Shown in pieces: positions 27,001-39,524 of a DNA stretch of 64,000 nt. The stretch lies in NCBI RefSeq assembly GCF_001194135.2, contig NC_068998.1:32793799-32857798 (forward strand), read 5' to 3'. The stretch is from Octopus bimaculoides. Its lineage: Eukaryota. The notes beneath the pieces are model-generated. The model had not been told where the DNA came from, did no database searches, and was given only the letters and a program-made list of their open reading frames with translations. How positions within the stretch are numbered: the first letter of the stretch is position 1; each line of letters starts with the position of its first letter. Both the position numbers and the translations under genes were made by a program.

Positions 27001-29230
27001 TTGCTAATTCCGAAAGCTTGAGCCAGGCTACCAAAACGAGAAAAGCCGTCACTTGTTGCTTGAGAAAAATAACAGCTAAGCAACAGCTTCATTTCATTAG
27101 ACACTGCATCTCACTGAAGGTTTACCCGAAAAGGATTTACAAAACGGTCGAAGCACTAAACCTAAAGAAAGGACAATCGTCGAGACTAAAACATATCTTA
27201 ATGACGAACCTGAAGTCCAAACTATATATACACCTGGCCACTAAAGAAAAGGAAAAGCGGGAATCCCTCGCTAAAGTGAAGAACTTACTTAATAATCAAG
27301 AAATGAAACAATTAAAAGAACTACTCCGTTGTGAATGTAACTCCGTATGGAACAGGTGCGTACAACATTTTGAGAGAAACTACCATGGACGATACAACTA
27401 CCTTACAACCACCCAACAACTAAACAATTTGACGTGACTGAATCGATTGATGGGATCTCAATGAATGACAAACCCGTAGATGATGACCAACTAACAAGAA
27501 ACGTAAGAGTGTACGGAGGAGTACAACTGGATATAGATGAACTCGCTGCTGTTGAACTCTCTCCGAAGTTCGCCATATATAATAAGGTTAGTAAAATATC
27601 AATACTATCAGACATTGAGAAATGCTTCACGAAACTAAGATGGAGAACACACTTTAACCACAACCTAAATCCTGAGGGTAGCATGGATGTGGTATCACTG
27701 TATCCTTCCATTGATGTAGACTTTGCTATTGATAAATGTATAGAGACAATTTGTGAGAGTAATAGGACATTTTAAAATGTGGACGTGTATGAACTAGGCC
27801 TCTTCCTGACCCTGACTTGTACCAATGAATATCTGTCACGGAATAATCTTGTATATGCTTGTCCCACCCGTAACAAACGAGGTAGACCACCTACCATTAC
27901 CTCTGCATACAAAAAGACCACAGTGAACGCTGGCATGGCTGGACGAAGCCAGACCACCTACCTTCAGATGCACACATCAGAACCACTCTTAAAAATCATA
28001 TTTTTAAGTTTAACAATAAACTGTATAAACAAGTGAAAGGCGGTGCTATTGGAGTAGGGATCGCCGGTGATGTTGCTAACCTCTTCATGGTATGGTGGGA
28101 CAGACATTTTAAACAGTGCTTAGCGACCCGTAACATCCACTTTAAATGAGGAACAGGTGATGACAGCTATACAACACATAACTGACTCTATCCATAGCAG
28201 TATAAAGGTTACCGTAGACTACCCCTCTAAACACCCCAGTAATAGATTAATCGTCCTAGATACTGAGCTATGGATAGAAAATACTATAATTGACTGAACT
28301 ATTTAAACCCTGTCTACTCCACTCACACTACTCTAAACCTATGGCTGATCAACTGGTAATCTGTAGTGACTGCGATGTCAAGTACTGCCAAGATCAACAT
28401 CCTCGTAGCAGACTTAGAGTAATGAGGAATGTATCCTCACTATGCCAACCACAACAACGACAACAACACATCCAGCACTATATATTTCGAATGCAACGTT
28501 TCGGATACACACAGCATGATAGAATCAGGGTGTACAATGGAGCGAAAACAAAATTCGAACGCATCCTAAGAGATGACGAAAACGGTATATACCCGCTATA
28601 GCGCAACAAGCTCTGGAATAGGTTAGAGAGGGACGCCAACAAAAGAAATAAGAACAATAATTGATATGATAAGAAGTTTCACAGTGTAATGTTTGTTGAC
28701 GCTACACCTAAGAGCGAATAAAGTAAGACGTTCAAGAAAATTCCGCCCTCAACTGGCCTTAAGATCAAAGTTGTAGAAAAGACAGGTAGGACTATCAAAT
28801 CTGTATTATGTAGATCATATCCATTTGATAGAATCATCTGNNNNNNNNNNTATGTAGATCATATCCATTTGATAGAATCATCTGACAAAATAACTGTGCA
28901 GTATGTTCTACAAACCCACACGTGAACTACAAAACCAAGAGCATTGCATACCAGATTAAGCGCCAAGAAGGAGCTTGCGCGACTAACCCAGAGACATACA
29001 TTGGTGAGACTTCTAGGAGTATCAATGATAGGTTCAAAGAACACCTGGACAACTACATTGAAAAGAAACCAAACTCCATCTTCTATTAGCATGCTAAGGG
29101 CTCCTTAGTGAGACTTAAATTAAACATTTTATCCACACATGTCACTGAAGCTGTCTGTATACAAGAATACAAACCCTCTCTCAACCGTAAATCCGAATGG
29201 GGTAACATCCAGATTCCACTCGGGAGTACC
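26934..29230 (+). pseudogene. Penelope-like RT/GIY-YIG polyprotein, internally deleted and frameshifted
   Basis: ELSPKFA...IEKCFTKLRWR; SMDVVSLYPSID; KGGAIGVGIAGDVANLFMVWWD; IKVTVDYPS...VLDTELWI; thumb region (RVMRNVS); GIY-YIG. No YxDD motif seen. Confidence 0.85.
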
Positions 29231-29301
29231 CCTTTATGGCCACCCTTCTCTCTCTTTTACATGTGGAATTCCATACATACATGTTGAGATGCATAATACA
29301 T

Positions 29302-29500
29302 AGGTACTACTAAAGCAGAGTTGTCCCAAACGCGCAGTCGCGCGCCCGCGCTAGCTAGTCGTGAGTGGTCGATCCTAACCCTAACCCTATCCCTAAACAC
29401 ATGTATTCATTTGCACACGCGCGCACTTTTTGTAGGATCGACCACGCACGACTAGCTTGCGCGGGTGCGCGTTCGGGACCACTCTGCTTTAGTAGTACCT
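29302..29500. mobile_element. 199-bp palindromic MITE-like insertion with ~70-bp TIRs and an internal (CCCTAA)-type repeat
   Basis: Termini aggtactactaaagcagag...ctctgctttagtagtacct. Absent from the paralogous tail at ~26000. CpG-rich. Confidence 0.85.
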
Positions 29501-30512
29501 GTAGTTAGATGCATGTGTTGTGCGTTGTGTATGTGCCTGTATGAGTATGTACATGCATGCACGTATGAGTATGTGTAGATATATCTATGTGTGTAAAAAA
29601 AAAAAGATTATAATAAAAACAATAAAAATTTTAAAAATACTTAATTGAATTTTAACCGTTATCCTTGTATTAGTGTCATATATTTGTATGTGTGTATGTA
29701 TGTGTGTGTGTGTATGTATATATGTGTATATATGTATATATGTAGTGATGGATAAGCATACATGCGTGTATACTTTAAGATTATACGTATGTTTGTGTTT
29801 ACTTGTATATATGTATAAGCAAGGTTATATGTGCATATATGTATCTAAGACATTGTATCCATTCACCGTTAGAGGGACAAACGCACACACACACACATTA
29901 TGCGTGTGTATGTCTACATATATGTATATGCATATCAAATTTAATTCACCAAATCTCTTGATTTTGTTTTTGGATTTTACCCTACCAAACTCTGGTGCCA
30001 CAAACGTTTTAAGTACCACATTTTGCCTTTGGATTAAATCTATATTATTATATGTATAAGCATATGTATATGAGTGTGTGTATACAACTTGAACTGACAC
30101 ACATATCAGTACATAAACATACGTTCACATGTACATACACATGTACACACACACACACAAACACGTCTACACACTTACCCTATTACTCACGTACATCCAT
30201 AAGTACATACGTACATACATACATACATACATACATGCATGCGTATAAGCATGCACACATGCATACGCATGTACACAGATGCATACGCACACATGTACAC
30301 ACACATACACACACACGCCCCCCCCTACACACACGTACATACGTACATATCATGAACTAACTGTTACTTTCTCAGATGCAGCACAGAACTTTGTCAGTGA
30401 ACAGGTCGCGGTCTCAAAGCGACGAAAATATTTCGACAAATTAAATTTAAATGTTGAAGTGAATCTAACGGTTTTTGTGTGTTATTTTAAATGGCTTATA
30501 AACACCTTCCAC
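29501..30512 (+). mobile_element. Downstream pseudo-LTR tail and 5'UTR segment of the Penelope-like element
   Basis: Direct repeat of 26080-26570 and 26816-26963; inverted repeat of ~24360-24808. Confidence 0.85.
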
Positions 30513-30623
30513 GCTGCAATTAATTTCTTTTTCTGTCCATTCATACTTACACACAAGCACACACACATACACAAACACACACACAAACATACACTATCAC
30601 ACATACATACATACATACATACA

Positions 30624-30657
<34 letters not shown>

Positions 30658-30899
30658 CAAATATACGCTAATTATAATCTACTTCTGGTTTTATTGCTAC
30701 TGTGTGGAGGCTAATAAGTGCAAAGTTTGCCCCAATACCAGCCAAAGTTCCCTGAGAAAATGAATAGGAGGCTTGTGTGTATGTCTGTGTGTGCCTATAT
30801 ATATATGTGTGTGTGTGTACACACACACACACAAACATATGTAGAAGGTTGAAAAGGAACACACAAGTTGATATGCATAAGGAAAATAACACAAGGTAG

Positions 30900-32190
30900 A
30901 AAATGCTAAAATAATTTTATCATGAAGAACATTTTAGTACTGGTTTTAGTCATTGCAACTACTTTGTCTTCAAAGACAACTTCTGTTGACAAAAATTGGG
31001 GACTGCAATGGGTACGAGAATGGCCCCCTCCTTTGCTAACCTAGTCATGGGATATCTTGAAATCATTCTTTATCGTAAGGTAGTAGAAAAATATGGCAAA
31101 CAATTGTCCCTTTACATAAAACATAACTGGAAGAGATACCTGGATGACTGTTTCATTCTTTGGCATGAAAGTATAGAGAGACTTAAAGAATTTCAAGCAC
31201 TTATAAATGAACTTGACATAAACATTCAATTCACAATGGAATATAGCCATCAACAACTTCCCTTACTCGACTTCCTCATTAAGAAATCTAACAATGAAAT
31301 AATAACAGATATATGCTATAAGCCCACAGACTCCAAGCAATATCTACCATTCAACTCATGCCACCCCAGACACTCTAGAATGAATATCCTTTTCAACCTA
31401 GCAAAAAGGATTTGTACTATAGTTTCTAATACAAGCACCAGGGACACATGACTACATAAACTAAAGGATACACATCACCGGGAACTACCCATCATCACTA
31501 ATTGACATATGCTTTTAACGTACCCTACAACTCAACATCCACAAACTCAGAATCCCAAATTAAAGAAGGATTTACAACCAAAAGTCCTACCAAACATCTC
31601 CTCACACAACCCTCTTAACAATTAAGCCTTCAACACCATCCTCCAAAACATTCACCTACTAAAAAGGGACCACAGAATAAATTTAATTCTCCAAATGCAC
31701 ACCATCATAAAAAGGAAGAGACAGCCCAAATCTATGAAAATTCTTGTAACACAAGCCCAAATACGCTCAACAACAACACTGAAGCCATCAGTAAAAAAAT
31801 GCGGAAGACCTAACTGTGGTATATGCGTCAGCCTAATTGAGGGATCAGAGTTCTCTTTCAAACAGGGTCAACGTTTCAGTGGAAAGCAACTTAACATGTG
31901 CTTTGGAGAACCTGATATACATATTAACCTGCTCTGGGTGTCGAGGGCAATACATAGGCTAAGCAAAAAACAGTCTACGTCAAAGGATGGCTCTGCACAG
32001 ATCCCAGATAAAAATTCTGAAAAACAGAAAAATAGCATTCGGTGAACACATCGACATTTGCGCCAATAACAAACAACCAAGCCTCAGAATCTTTCCCCTC
32101 TATCAATTCAGAGATGATACAACCTGTAGTCAGTGTATTAGTAAAAGAGTCATCCTTTATCACTAAATACCAACCCCTTTTGAATACATC
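30900..32190 (+). mobile_element. 5'-truncated Penelope-like element of a different family (RT + GIY-YIG)
   Basis: GTAMGTRMAPSFANLVMGYLE...WKRYLDDCF...IQFTME...YKPTDSKQYLPFNSCHP; KKCGRPNCGIC linker; C-terminal KESSFITKYQPLLN. Frameshifts present. Confidence 0.9.
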
Positions 32191-33053
32191 CACAACAAAT
32201 GACACTGTCACCAGGTCCTTAGAATAACACCCACGCAAATATTAAAAATGATATATTCAAAACAGTCACCTCAAGAATTTATTCAGAACGATTTCAATCA
32301 CTACTATTATCCACAAGGCACTTTTAGGTCACTTCTTCTTCTTCTCCTCCTCTTCCTCCTCCCCCTCCCTTTCCCCCTCCCTTCTTCTCTGCCTCCTTTC
32401 TCTACTACTACTGCTGCTTAAACAATCGAAGACAAGAATTCATATCAAACTACCTGCTGCTAACTACCTAGAACCCACGAGAGTAAAAAAGAGAGACAGA
32501 GACAGGCAGAAAAATGGAAAATGTCCCTTGCATTTGAAAACTATGGAAATATATGAAAAAACATTTCTTTTAATTTTTCCACAATTGAATTGTTTTTCAT
32601 ACTTACTCTAAAGACTAGGTCGGGTATCAGCCTGGAGCCTCCTACAATGTAAGAAGGCTCGACACTGATACTCTAATTATAGTCAGCAGCCTCTTTCACT
32701 ACCAGGCCACAGATTTTGTTATGCCTGGTAAGTCATGGCTATTTAAGAGCACCACAAACTTCACTCATGTGAGAGATCGTTTCCACTCCTACTCTACTCC
32801 TTGGACACGTGGAATCCCCTGGGTCCCCATGTGTCAAGTCTCTCGGGTTGGATATATGTTGGAGCGCATCTATAGTAAACTCAAGAAGCACTTTTCTGTA
32901 ATCCTACCCAGCCCACTGATCTAACTATTGCCAATTGTATCCCCACGAAATGCAGCTGCACACACTGAAAAAGTTGTAATGACTGAAACCGGTAGTAAAA
33001 TGTTCTTCATGATAAAATTATTTTAGCATTTTCTACCTTGTCTTATTTTCCTT

Positions 33054-33090
<37 letters not shown>

Positions 33091-33699
33091 AGTCACCATG
33101 CTTTACTGCTAAATCCACAAGTTTTTTATTCTCTCTGTTTATTTTCTCGTATTCCTTTCTGTTGAAGAGCGTAGACTCAAAATGTAAAAGACTTTCCCAC
33201 TTTCCCAAGTGTCAAACAAATANNNNNNNNNNNNNNNNNNNNNNNNNNNNNNNNNNNNNNNNNNNNNNNNNNNNNNNNNNNNNNNNNNNNNNNNNNNNNN
33301 NNNNNNNNNNNNNNNNNNNNNNNNNNNNNNNNNNNNNNNNNNNNNNNNNNNNNNNNNNNNNNNNNNNNNNNNNNNNNNNATATATATATACATTTATATA
33401 TGCGTGTGTATGTATGTATATATGCATTAATATATAAATTTAGTTACACTCTATCACTACTGACTAACTGTCTACTGTATCATACATTTTGATTTCAATT
33501 AATTCCCTAGGAAATTCTTTGACCAACTGTTTTGCTTAATTGTTATATTTGTTTTTTTTTAAATTTTTATTGTTTCTCTAAGACTTCAGATAATTTGTTT
33601 GAAAGCAAAATTTTGTTTTCATGAGCCCCTTACATACTTGCATGGGCCCTGTATATGGACTCTAATGTCTTAAGGGGCCCACTTACCATTGAGCAAGCT

Positions 33700-36293
33700 G
33701 ACAACCTGGCCAGTCTGCCACCTGTCACTAGTCATTGCCTCTGTGAGGCCCAGCATTTGAAGATCATGCTTCACCACCTCATCCCATGTCTTCATCCCTC
33801 TTCAGCTGGTAGATTGGCACTTCTTCATACAGCTGTCCACATGCATCACATGACCATACCAACACAGTCATCTCTCTTGCACACATCTTATGCCTCTTAT
33901 GCCCAACTTTACACTCAAGACTACACTCTGTCGCACATGCACACTGACGTTGCTCTTCCGGCGAAGCATACTAACTTCATTTCTTTCAAGCGTATGTATA
34001 TCCTCAGCAATCACAGTCCATGTTTCACTGCTGTGTAGCATGGCTTTTCACACACAGGCATCGTACAATCTGCCTTTCACTCGAGGAAGAGGTCCTTCAT
34101 TACGAACAAAGGTATGAGCTCTCTGAACTTTGCCCAACCTATTCTTATTCTTGCAGCTACACTCTCAAAGCATTCACTCCTGCTACTGTCTTCGTTGCCT
34201 AGGTAATGGATGCTATCAACTACTACTAGTTTTTTCTCCCTGGCAGTTGACAGAGTCTATTTTATGTACATTTTTAGTGTTAATTATACCTGTGCACCTT
34301 CCACATTGAAAAACTAGTTTCCCTGTTAACCTTCCCCTAATATTGCTGCACCTCTTATGTGTCCATCGCTTACCCTGGGTACATCTTATTGAATTTACAC
34401 ATACACCTTTCCTACAGATCGAGCAGGGCCATCTATCTGAGGGGATTTTTGATTTGTCTGCTTTCCTACTTACTAAGACTTTGGTTTTTGTTTGGTTAAC
34501 TCTAATATTCTTCAATTCTAGACATTGCTTCCACACTTGAAACTTCTCTAGTTCTGGTAGTGATCCAGCTATAAGAACAAGGTCATCAACATAGAGGAAT
34601 TCCCATGGGCAGCCTGTCTTAAATTCCTGTTATTTTCTGGAGGACTATGATGAACAAGAAGGGGCTAAGGACTGATCCTTGGTGAACCCCTACCTGTACA
34701 CTGAATTTTTCGCTATACTCATTGTCACCTTACTGACAGCATCCCTGTACATGATTTGTACAGCTCTCACCAACCACTTATCTATCCCTAGTTTCCACAT
34801 TGACCACCAGATAAGGGATCAGGAGACCTTGTCACAGGCTTTTGCCATGTCAACAAAAGCCAGGTACAAAGGTTTATCTTTGGCTACATATTTCTCCTGC
34901 AGCTACCTTACCAGAAATATAATATCAGTGGTGCCTTTCCCTGGCATAAAACCAAACTGCATCTCATCTAGAATAACTCTCTCCCTAATTAGTTGGGCTA
35001 TGACCCTCTCCATAACTTTCATCAGCTGATCCAACAATTTGATACCTGTGTAATTATTCCTATCAAATGTGTCATCTTTACCTTCGTAGCAGTTGACTAT
35101 GGTGCTGCTACACCAGTCATTGGGTATGACTCTTTCATGTATCACCTGGTTGCTTATACAGATGACTACTTGGTGTTGCAAATTGATGGGTTATTCACTA
35201 CTGCAGTAGCCTTGCTTCCTCTTCATTTTGAGAACAAATTCCATGGCTACATGTCCACTACCAGATATTTTAAGCATCTCTGCAGTGATTCTTGATGGGC
35301 TGGGAACTTTCCCTGTCTTCATACCCTTAATTGCTTTATCTACCAAGGTACTGTCGATTCAGATAGGTGGTCTGTTAGTTAGGTCAACATTTGTCAGACT
35401 TTCTTTCTCCCATTCTTTCTCTACATTTAGCAGCCCTTCATAATGGTGTTTCCAAGCCTATTTCTTTGCAAAATAATTAAATGCAAGTGAATCATCATCC
35501 ATGCAGACATATTTCTCTCCTGTGACCTCATGATTTTCTGTCACACACTGTCTTGTAATCTGAAACACTTGAAGTCTCTGGTCCTCGCTTTGCTGAATAT
35601 TGGTAAACTTCTTTTCTGCTACTTCCCTGACTAAATATACCTGCCTCCTAGCTTCCCATCTGGCTATCTGATACAATTCCTTGCTGCCCCAACAATTCCA
35701 GTCCTTTCAAGCCTGTTTCTCTGTCCAAATAGCCTTGTCTACAGCATTATTCCACCACCACATCATCCTCGGTCTGAATGAGACTTTGCCTCAGCAAACT
35801 GCCACATAGGAATTCTCAGTTGCCCTCTATGTTACAAGTCTGTAGTTCATCCTCCTTCTTGTCAAATTTCTCACTTATGGTGTCCCTAAATCTCTGGCCA
35901 TACAAAGGTCTTTTAAGTTTCCAGATCCTTCTTTTCCAGATCAGTCTTCTTCTTCCTGGTGCCTTTCTGGCCTGAAGTCTAAAGTCATTAATGACTAGTC
36001 TATGCTATGGGATACATTCTTCATCAGGCAAGATCTTTGCATTTATGAGCAGCCATGTATGGTGAGAATGTCTAGTTAGAAATATAGTTGATCTGGCTTG
36101 TGTGGTTACTTGGTTGATAGGTTATCAGGTGACTGTCTGGCTTTCTGAAGTTGGTGTTGCAAATTGATGGGTTATTCACATCACAAAACTCCAGTAGCCT
36201 TGTTTCCTCTTCATTTCGAGAACAAATTCCATGGCCACATGTACACCATGGAAGATACCTGGCTGCTGCCCAACATGCCCATTGAAATCACCA
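33700..36293 (-). mobile_element. Decayed RTE-clade LINE (APE endonuclease C-terminal part and RT)
   Basis: GDFNGHVG...LLEFCDVNN..ICNTNFRKPDSHLITYQ; IPNDW...NYTGIKLLDQLMKVMERV...QFGFMPGKGTTD; WPCSICRKGV..NSIRCT...WTHKRCS; C-terminal TWDEVVKHDLQ. Confidence 0.92.
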
Positions 36294-36440
36294 TCCCCCC
36301 TCCCACATATATATGCACACATATACATACATGTTCATAATTACATGTATACATACATATATATCTACATATATGTAGACAGACACACACGCACACACAC
36401 ACGCACACACATATGCACAAATACACACACACATGTATGT

Positions 36441-36474
<34 letters not shown>

Positions 36475-36656
36475 CTATATATTTATACAAAGTATGGGGG
36501 TTTAGTTCACAGGTGATCTAAAAGATTAGGTATCCTAGGTGAGTGCTATAACAGATTACTGGGGCACCAAGGTTATAGCCAAGATGGTAGTTATGGAGCC
36601 ATTGCAGATTTCTAATGCAGCAGATATATAATTGTTAATTAGGGTAGCAAACATTA

Positions 36657-36922
36657 AGGCAAGGCAAACATCTCAAGTCGTATACAATATTATTATAGGA
36701 AGAAATTCAAAATCTTACAGTTGTTTCTGGGATATCCCCGAGTATGGGATATTCTGTCTTTAGAGACGAATATGTTGTCATCTCCTTAATATATACTATT
36801 CTCATTTTCCCTATTTATTTCTGATGACAGCCCATACTCAGGGATATCCCAGAAGCAGCTGTAAGATTTTGAATTTCTTCCTATAATAATATTGTATACG
36901 ACTTGAGATGTTTGCCTTGCCT
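36657..36922. repeat. Fold-back element: 92-bp inverted arms (89/92 complementary) around an 82-bp spacer
   Basis: Arms at 36657-36748 and 36831-36922, compared by eye; three transition differences. Confidence 0.92.
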
Positions 36923-37149
36923 CAATGTATTGTATTCCAACAATGGCTTAACTGGTCAAAATATCGAAGTCACTGTCAACAACATTCTTGTTTAAAAATA
37001 ATAAATTTATACTTTGCAAAAGCAAAGAGTAACCAAACAGTCTTCATTATAACTGAACATAAAAACAAATGTTCACATTATAGCACTGTTCCGATGTCAG
37101 TATTTCGTGAAATTAACTGAAAAACAGGAAAAATGCAGCAAAACCCAAT

Positions 37150-37740
37150 ACATTTCTTTATAAATACACATACCAACACCTACCAAAAAGCATTACCCAA
37201 AGACACTTTTACAAAATTCTGAAAGCTTTATTAAAAGACTCAGGTGGAAAATTTATCATTATGAAAAAGACCAAAAGGAAAAACAACCTACCAACAACTA
37301 TATATTCATGAAAATCAAATGTCCACCTCTCAGTCCTCTGCTACAACACTTTGAAGATGAACTATAAACAATGATCAAGCAAATAAAAATCAACAAGTGA
37401 ACCAATAAACTGCAAAAAGAACAAAAATAAAAAAAAACGAGCCCAACTACATAAGAATAAGCCCCAAATCAGACAAGACAAACAACTTCTACCAGACAAG
37501 TAAAACCACTTATAACTGCTTTCATTCTAACACAATCTCTAACAACTAGAAAAAAGAGTTACAACAAAAAATATGCAGCTTTAAATGATATAAACACCAC
37601 AGTCAAAGAAATAGCTACTAAACTTAAAATAGACAATAAAGTAGACATATTAACATCAAAATGCCCATATATAACCATGAAAGACTACAAACCAAACTTC
37701 AGTAGTAACCCATTTATCAGACTTACTAATCCTCCACCTA
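37150..37740 (+). mobile_element. Penelope-like element N-terminal fragment, probably the same family type as 11690-12990
   Basis: ESFIKRLRWK...KCPP...FEDEL...SDKTNNFY...EIATKLKIDNKV...ITMKDYKPNF..NP..RLTNP; degenerate. Confidence 0.75.
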
Positions 37741-37774
37741 CACCTAAAATATCTCCATAATCTTTTCTACTGGA

Positions 37775-37977
37775 GGCACAAGGCCTGAAATTTGTGGGGA
37801 GGGGACTAGTCAATTCCATCGACCCTAGTGTTTCATTGGTACTTAATTTATTGACCCTGAAAAGAGGAAAGGCAGAGTCAACCTTGATGGAATTTGAACT
37901 CAGAAAGTGAAGACTGACAAAATGCTGCTCAGCATTTCACCTGGCATGCTAACAATTCTGCCAGCTTGTTGCCTTAA
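37775..37977 (-). mobile_element. tRNA-derived SINE family C copy
   Basis: Homologous to 13062-13228; head ...gcatgctaacaattctgccagc. Confidence 0.8.
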
Positions 37978-38256
37978 ATTGTTGCAGTCTCACCAACATT
38001 ATACATAAAAAACACTTTTACAGCTTTATACTAAATAAGCATTGTAGAAATTATCTAGAAGTTCCCCTATCTCTACCCAAAATCTCCACAAAAAATTTTC
38101 TGATATAAGTACATATACACACAAAAAAAATATTTGTATGCAAACAAATTGATAATACATTTTCTTTTTTAATTTTTCTTTCACATTTGAAACAGAATTG
38201 AAGAAATGTTTATAAACACATAAACATATATATATGTGTATAGGAATATATACATA

Positions 38257-38696
38257 CAGAGGGGTTGGACAAAATAATGGAAACACCTTAAAATTTCATA
38301 CAAATTTATTTTAATATGGAGTAGGACTGCCTTTGGCAGTAATTACAGCTTGAATTCTATGAGGTATGGACTCATACAAAGTTTGAATAGTTTCCAAAGG
38401 AATTTTTGTCCATTCTTCAGCTAAAACAGTCTCCGGTTCTTGTAGTGATGATGGTGGAGGATATCAGCTCCTTACTTGTTTTTCTAAAATGCACCATAAA
38501 TGTTCAATAATAATTGAAAGTTCAACTTCATTAGAATTTTCCTCGTGCCGTTCAGTAACAACTTTAGCAGTGTGAATTGGTGCATTATCATCCTGAAAGA
38601 CTGTGTTTCCCTCTGGAAACAGTTCTGCAACCATAGGATGAATTTGATCAGAAAAAATGCTTAAATAGTCTTGACTATTAATTTTGCCATGAAGGG
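38257..38696 (-). mobile_element. Tc1-like DNA transposon 3' fragment with one TIR
   Basis: TIR-like cagaggggttggacaaaataatggaaacacc after TA. Minus-strand SDQIHPMVAELFPEGNTVFQDDNAPIHTAKVV and a C-terminal ...RIQAVITAKGSPTPY-like motif. Confidence 0.85.
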
Positions 38697-38699
38697 TTG

Positions 38700-38874
38700 T
38701 ATGGGATGGGGGCTACGGCCCCCTATATGGGCAAGGGCCAAAATTTGACTTCCCTAGAACCTTTAACGAGTAATGAAAAATCTTTAAATTTGGTACAGAT
38801 TGATCCAGCAGTTTGGCCGTGCATAGCAGAAACACACACACAGACACACAAACAGACAGTGAATTTTATATATA
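38700..38874 (+). mobile_element. Possible non-autonomous Helitron/Helentron-associated (DINE/HINE-like) fragment
   Basis: aaatttggtacagattgatccagcagtttggccg...(CA)n/ACAG...ttttatatata layout; similar piece at ~39770-39900. Recognised by pattern only. Confidence 0.4.
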
Positions 38875-39297
38875 CAAGTCATCGTCGACTTACGACCACA
38901 ATTGGTTCTGACTGACTTAGTTGATTTGGTTGTAAGTAGACCTAAAGGCCTACATAGCTTTGTTTTATATTTTTACATTCTTAAGTTACATTCTCAGGTA
39001 AAAGTCGCACACAGCATTTTGTATTATACTATTGTACTGGCATTAGTAAAAAATTTTGGAGTCTCAAGCAGTCGTCTTATGAACATATACAAGGTTGCCT
39101 TAATGTCTCTATGACAGGATAGTCATTCAACATAGGGGCATTTGTTAGCTGACATTATCTGTAGATGGGTTAATTTCTAAGAAATTAAACCCATTGGATT
39201 TCAGCTGGACTATTTATTATTGCTGCCGGCAGCTGGTGCACCAATCATTGTAAAGTCAATCGGTCATAAGTCGGATAGGCTGTAAGTCGACGACGAC

Positions 39298-39300
<3 letters not shown>
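38875..39300. mobile_element. pogo/Tigger-like MITE, 426 bp, flanked by TA
   Basis: Termini caagtcatcgtcgacttac / gtaagtcgacgacgacctg with TA on both sides and a (TA)n run downstream. Confidence 0.8.
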
Positions 39301-39349
<49 letters not shown>

Positions 39350-39524
39350 ATATGTACTTATTTTCTCCTAATTTGTAAATAACTCGGACAAAATAAATTG
39401 GTTAATAGATACCAGGGTAGCAAAGATCACAAAATAACTGTGATGTAACTCCTGTTTATGAGGTAGAAACTCCTTGATATTTTGGGTACTTGAGTATATA
39501 TAAATTTAATGAATGGAGTAAAAC

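Noticed and set aside
28807-28884. 34-bp tandem duplication inside the PLE
   Set aside because: The two identical copies flank a 10-N gap, so this is most likely an unmerged contig overlap.
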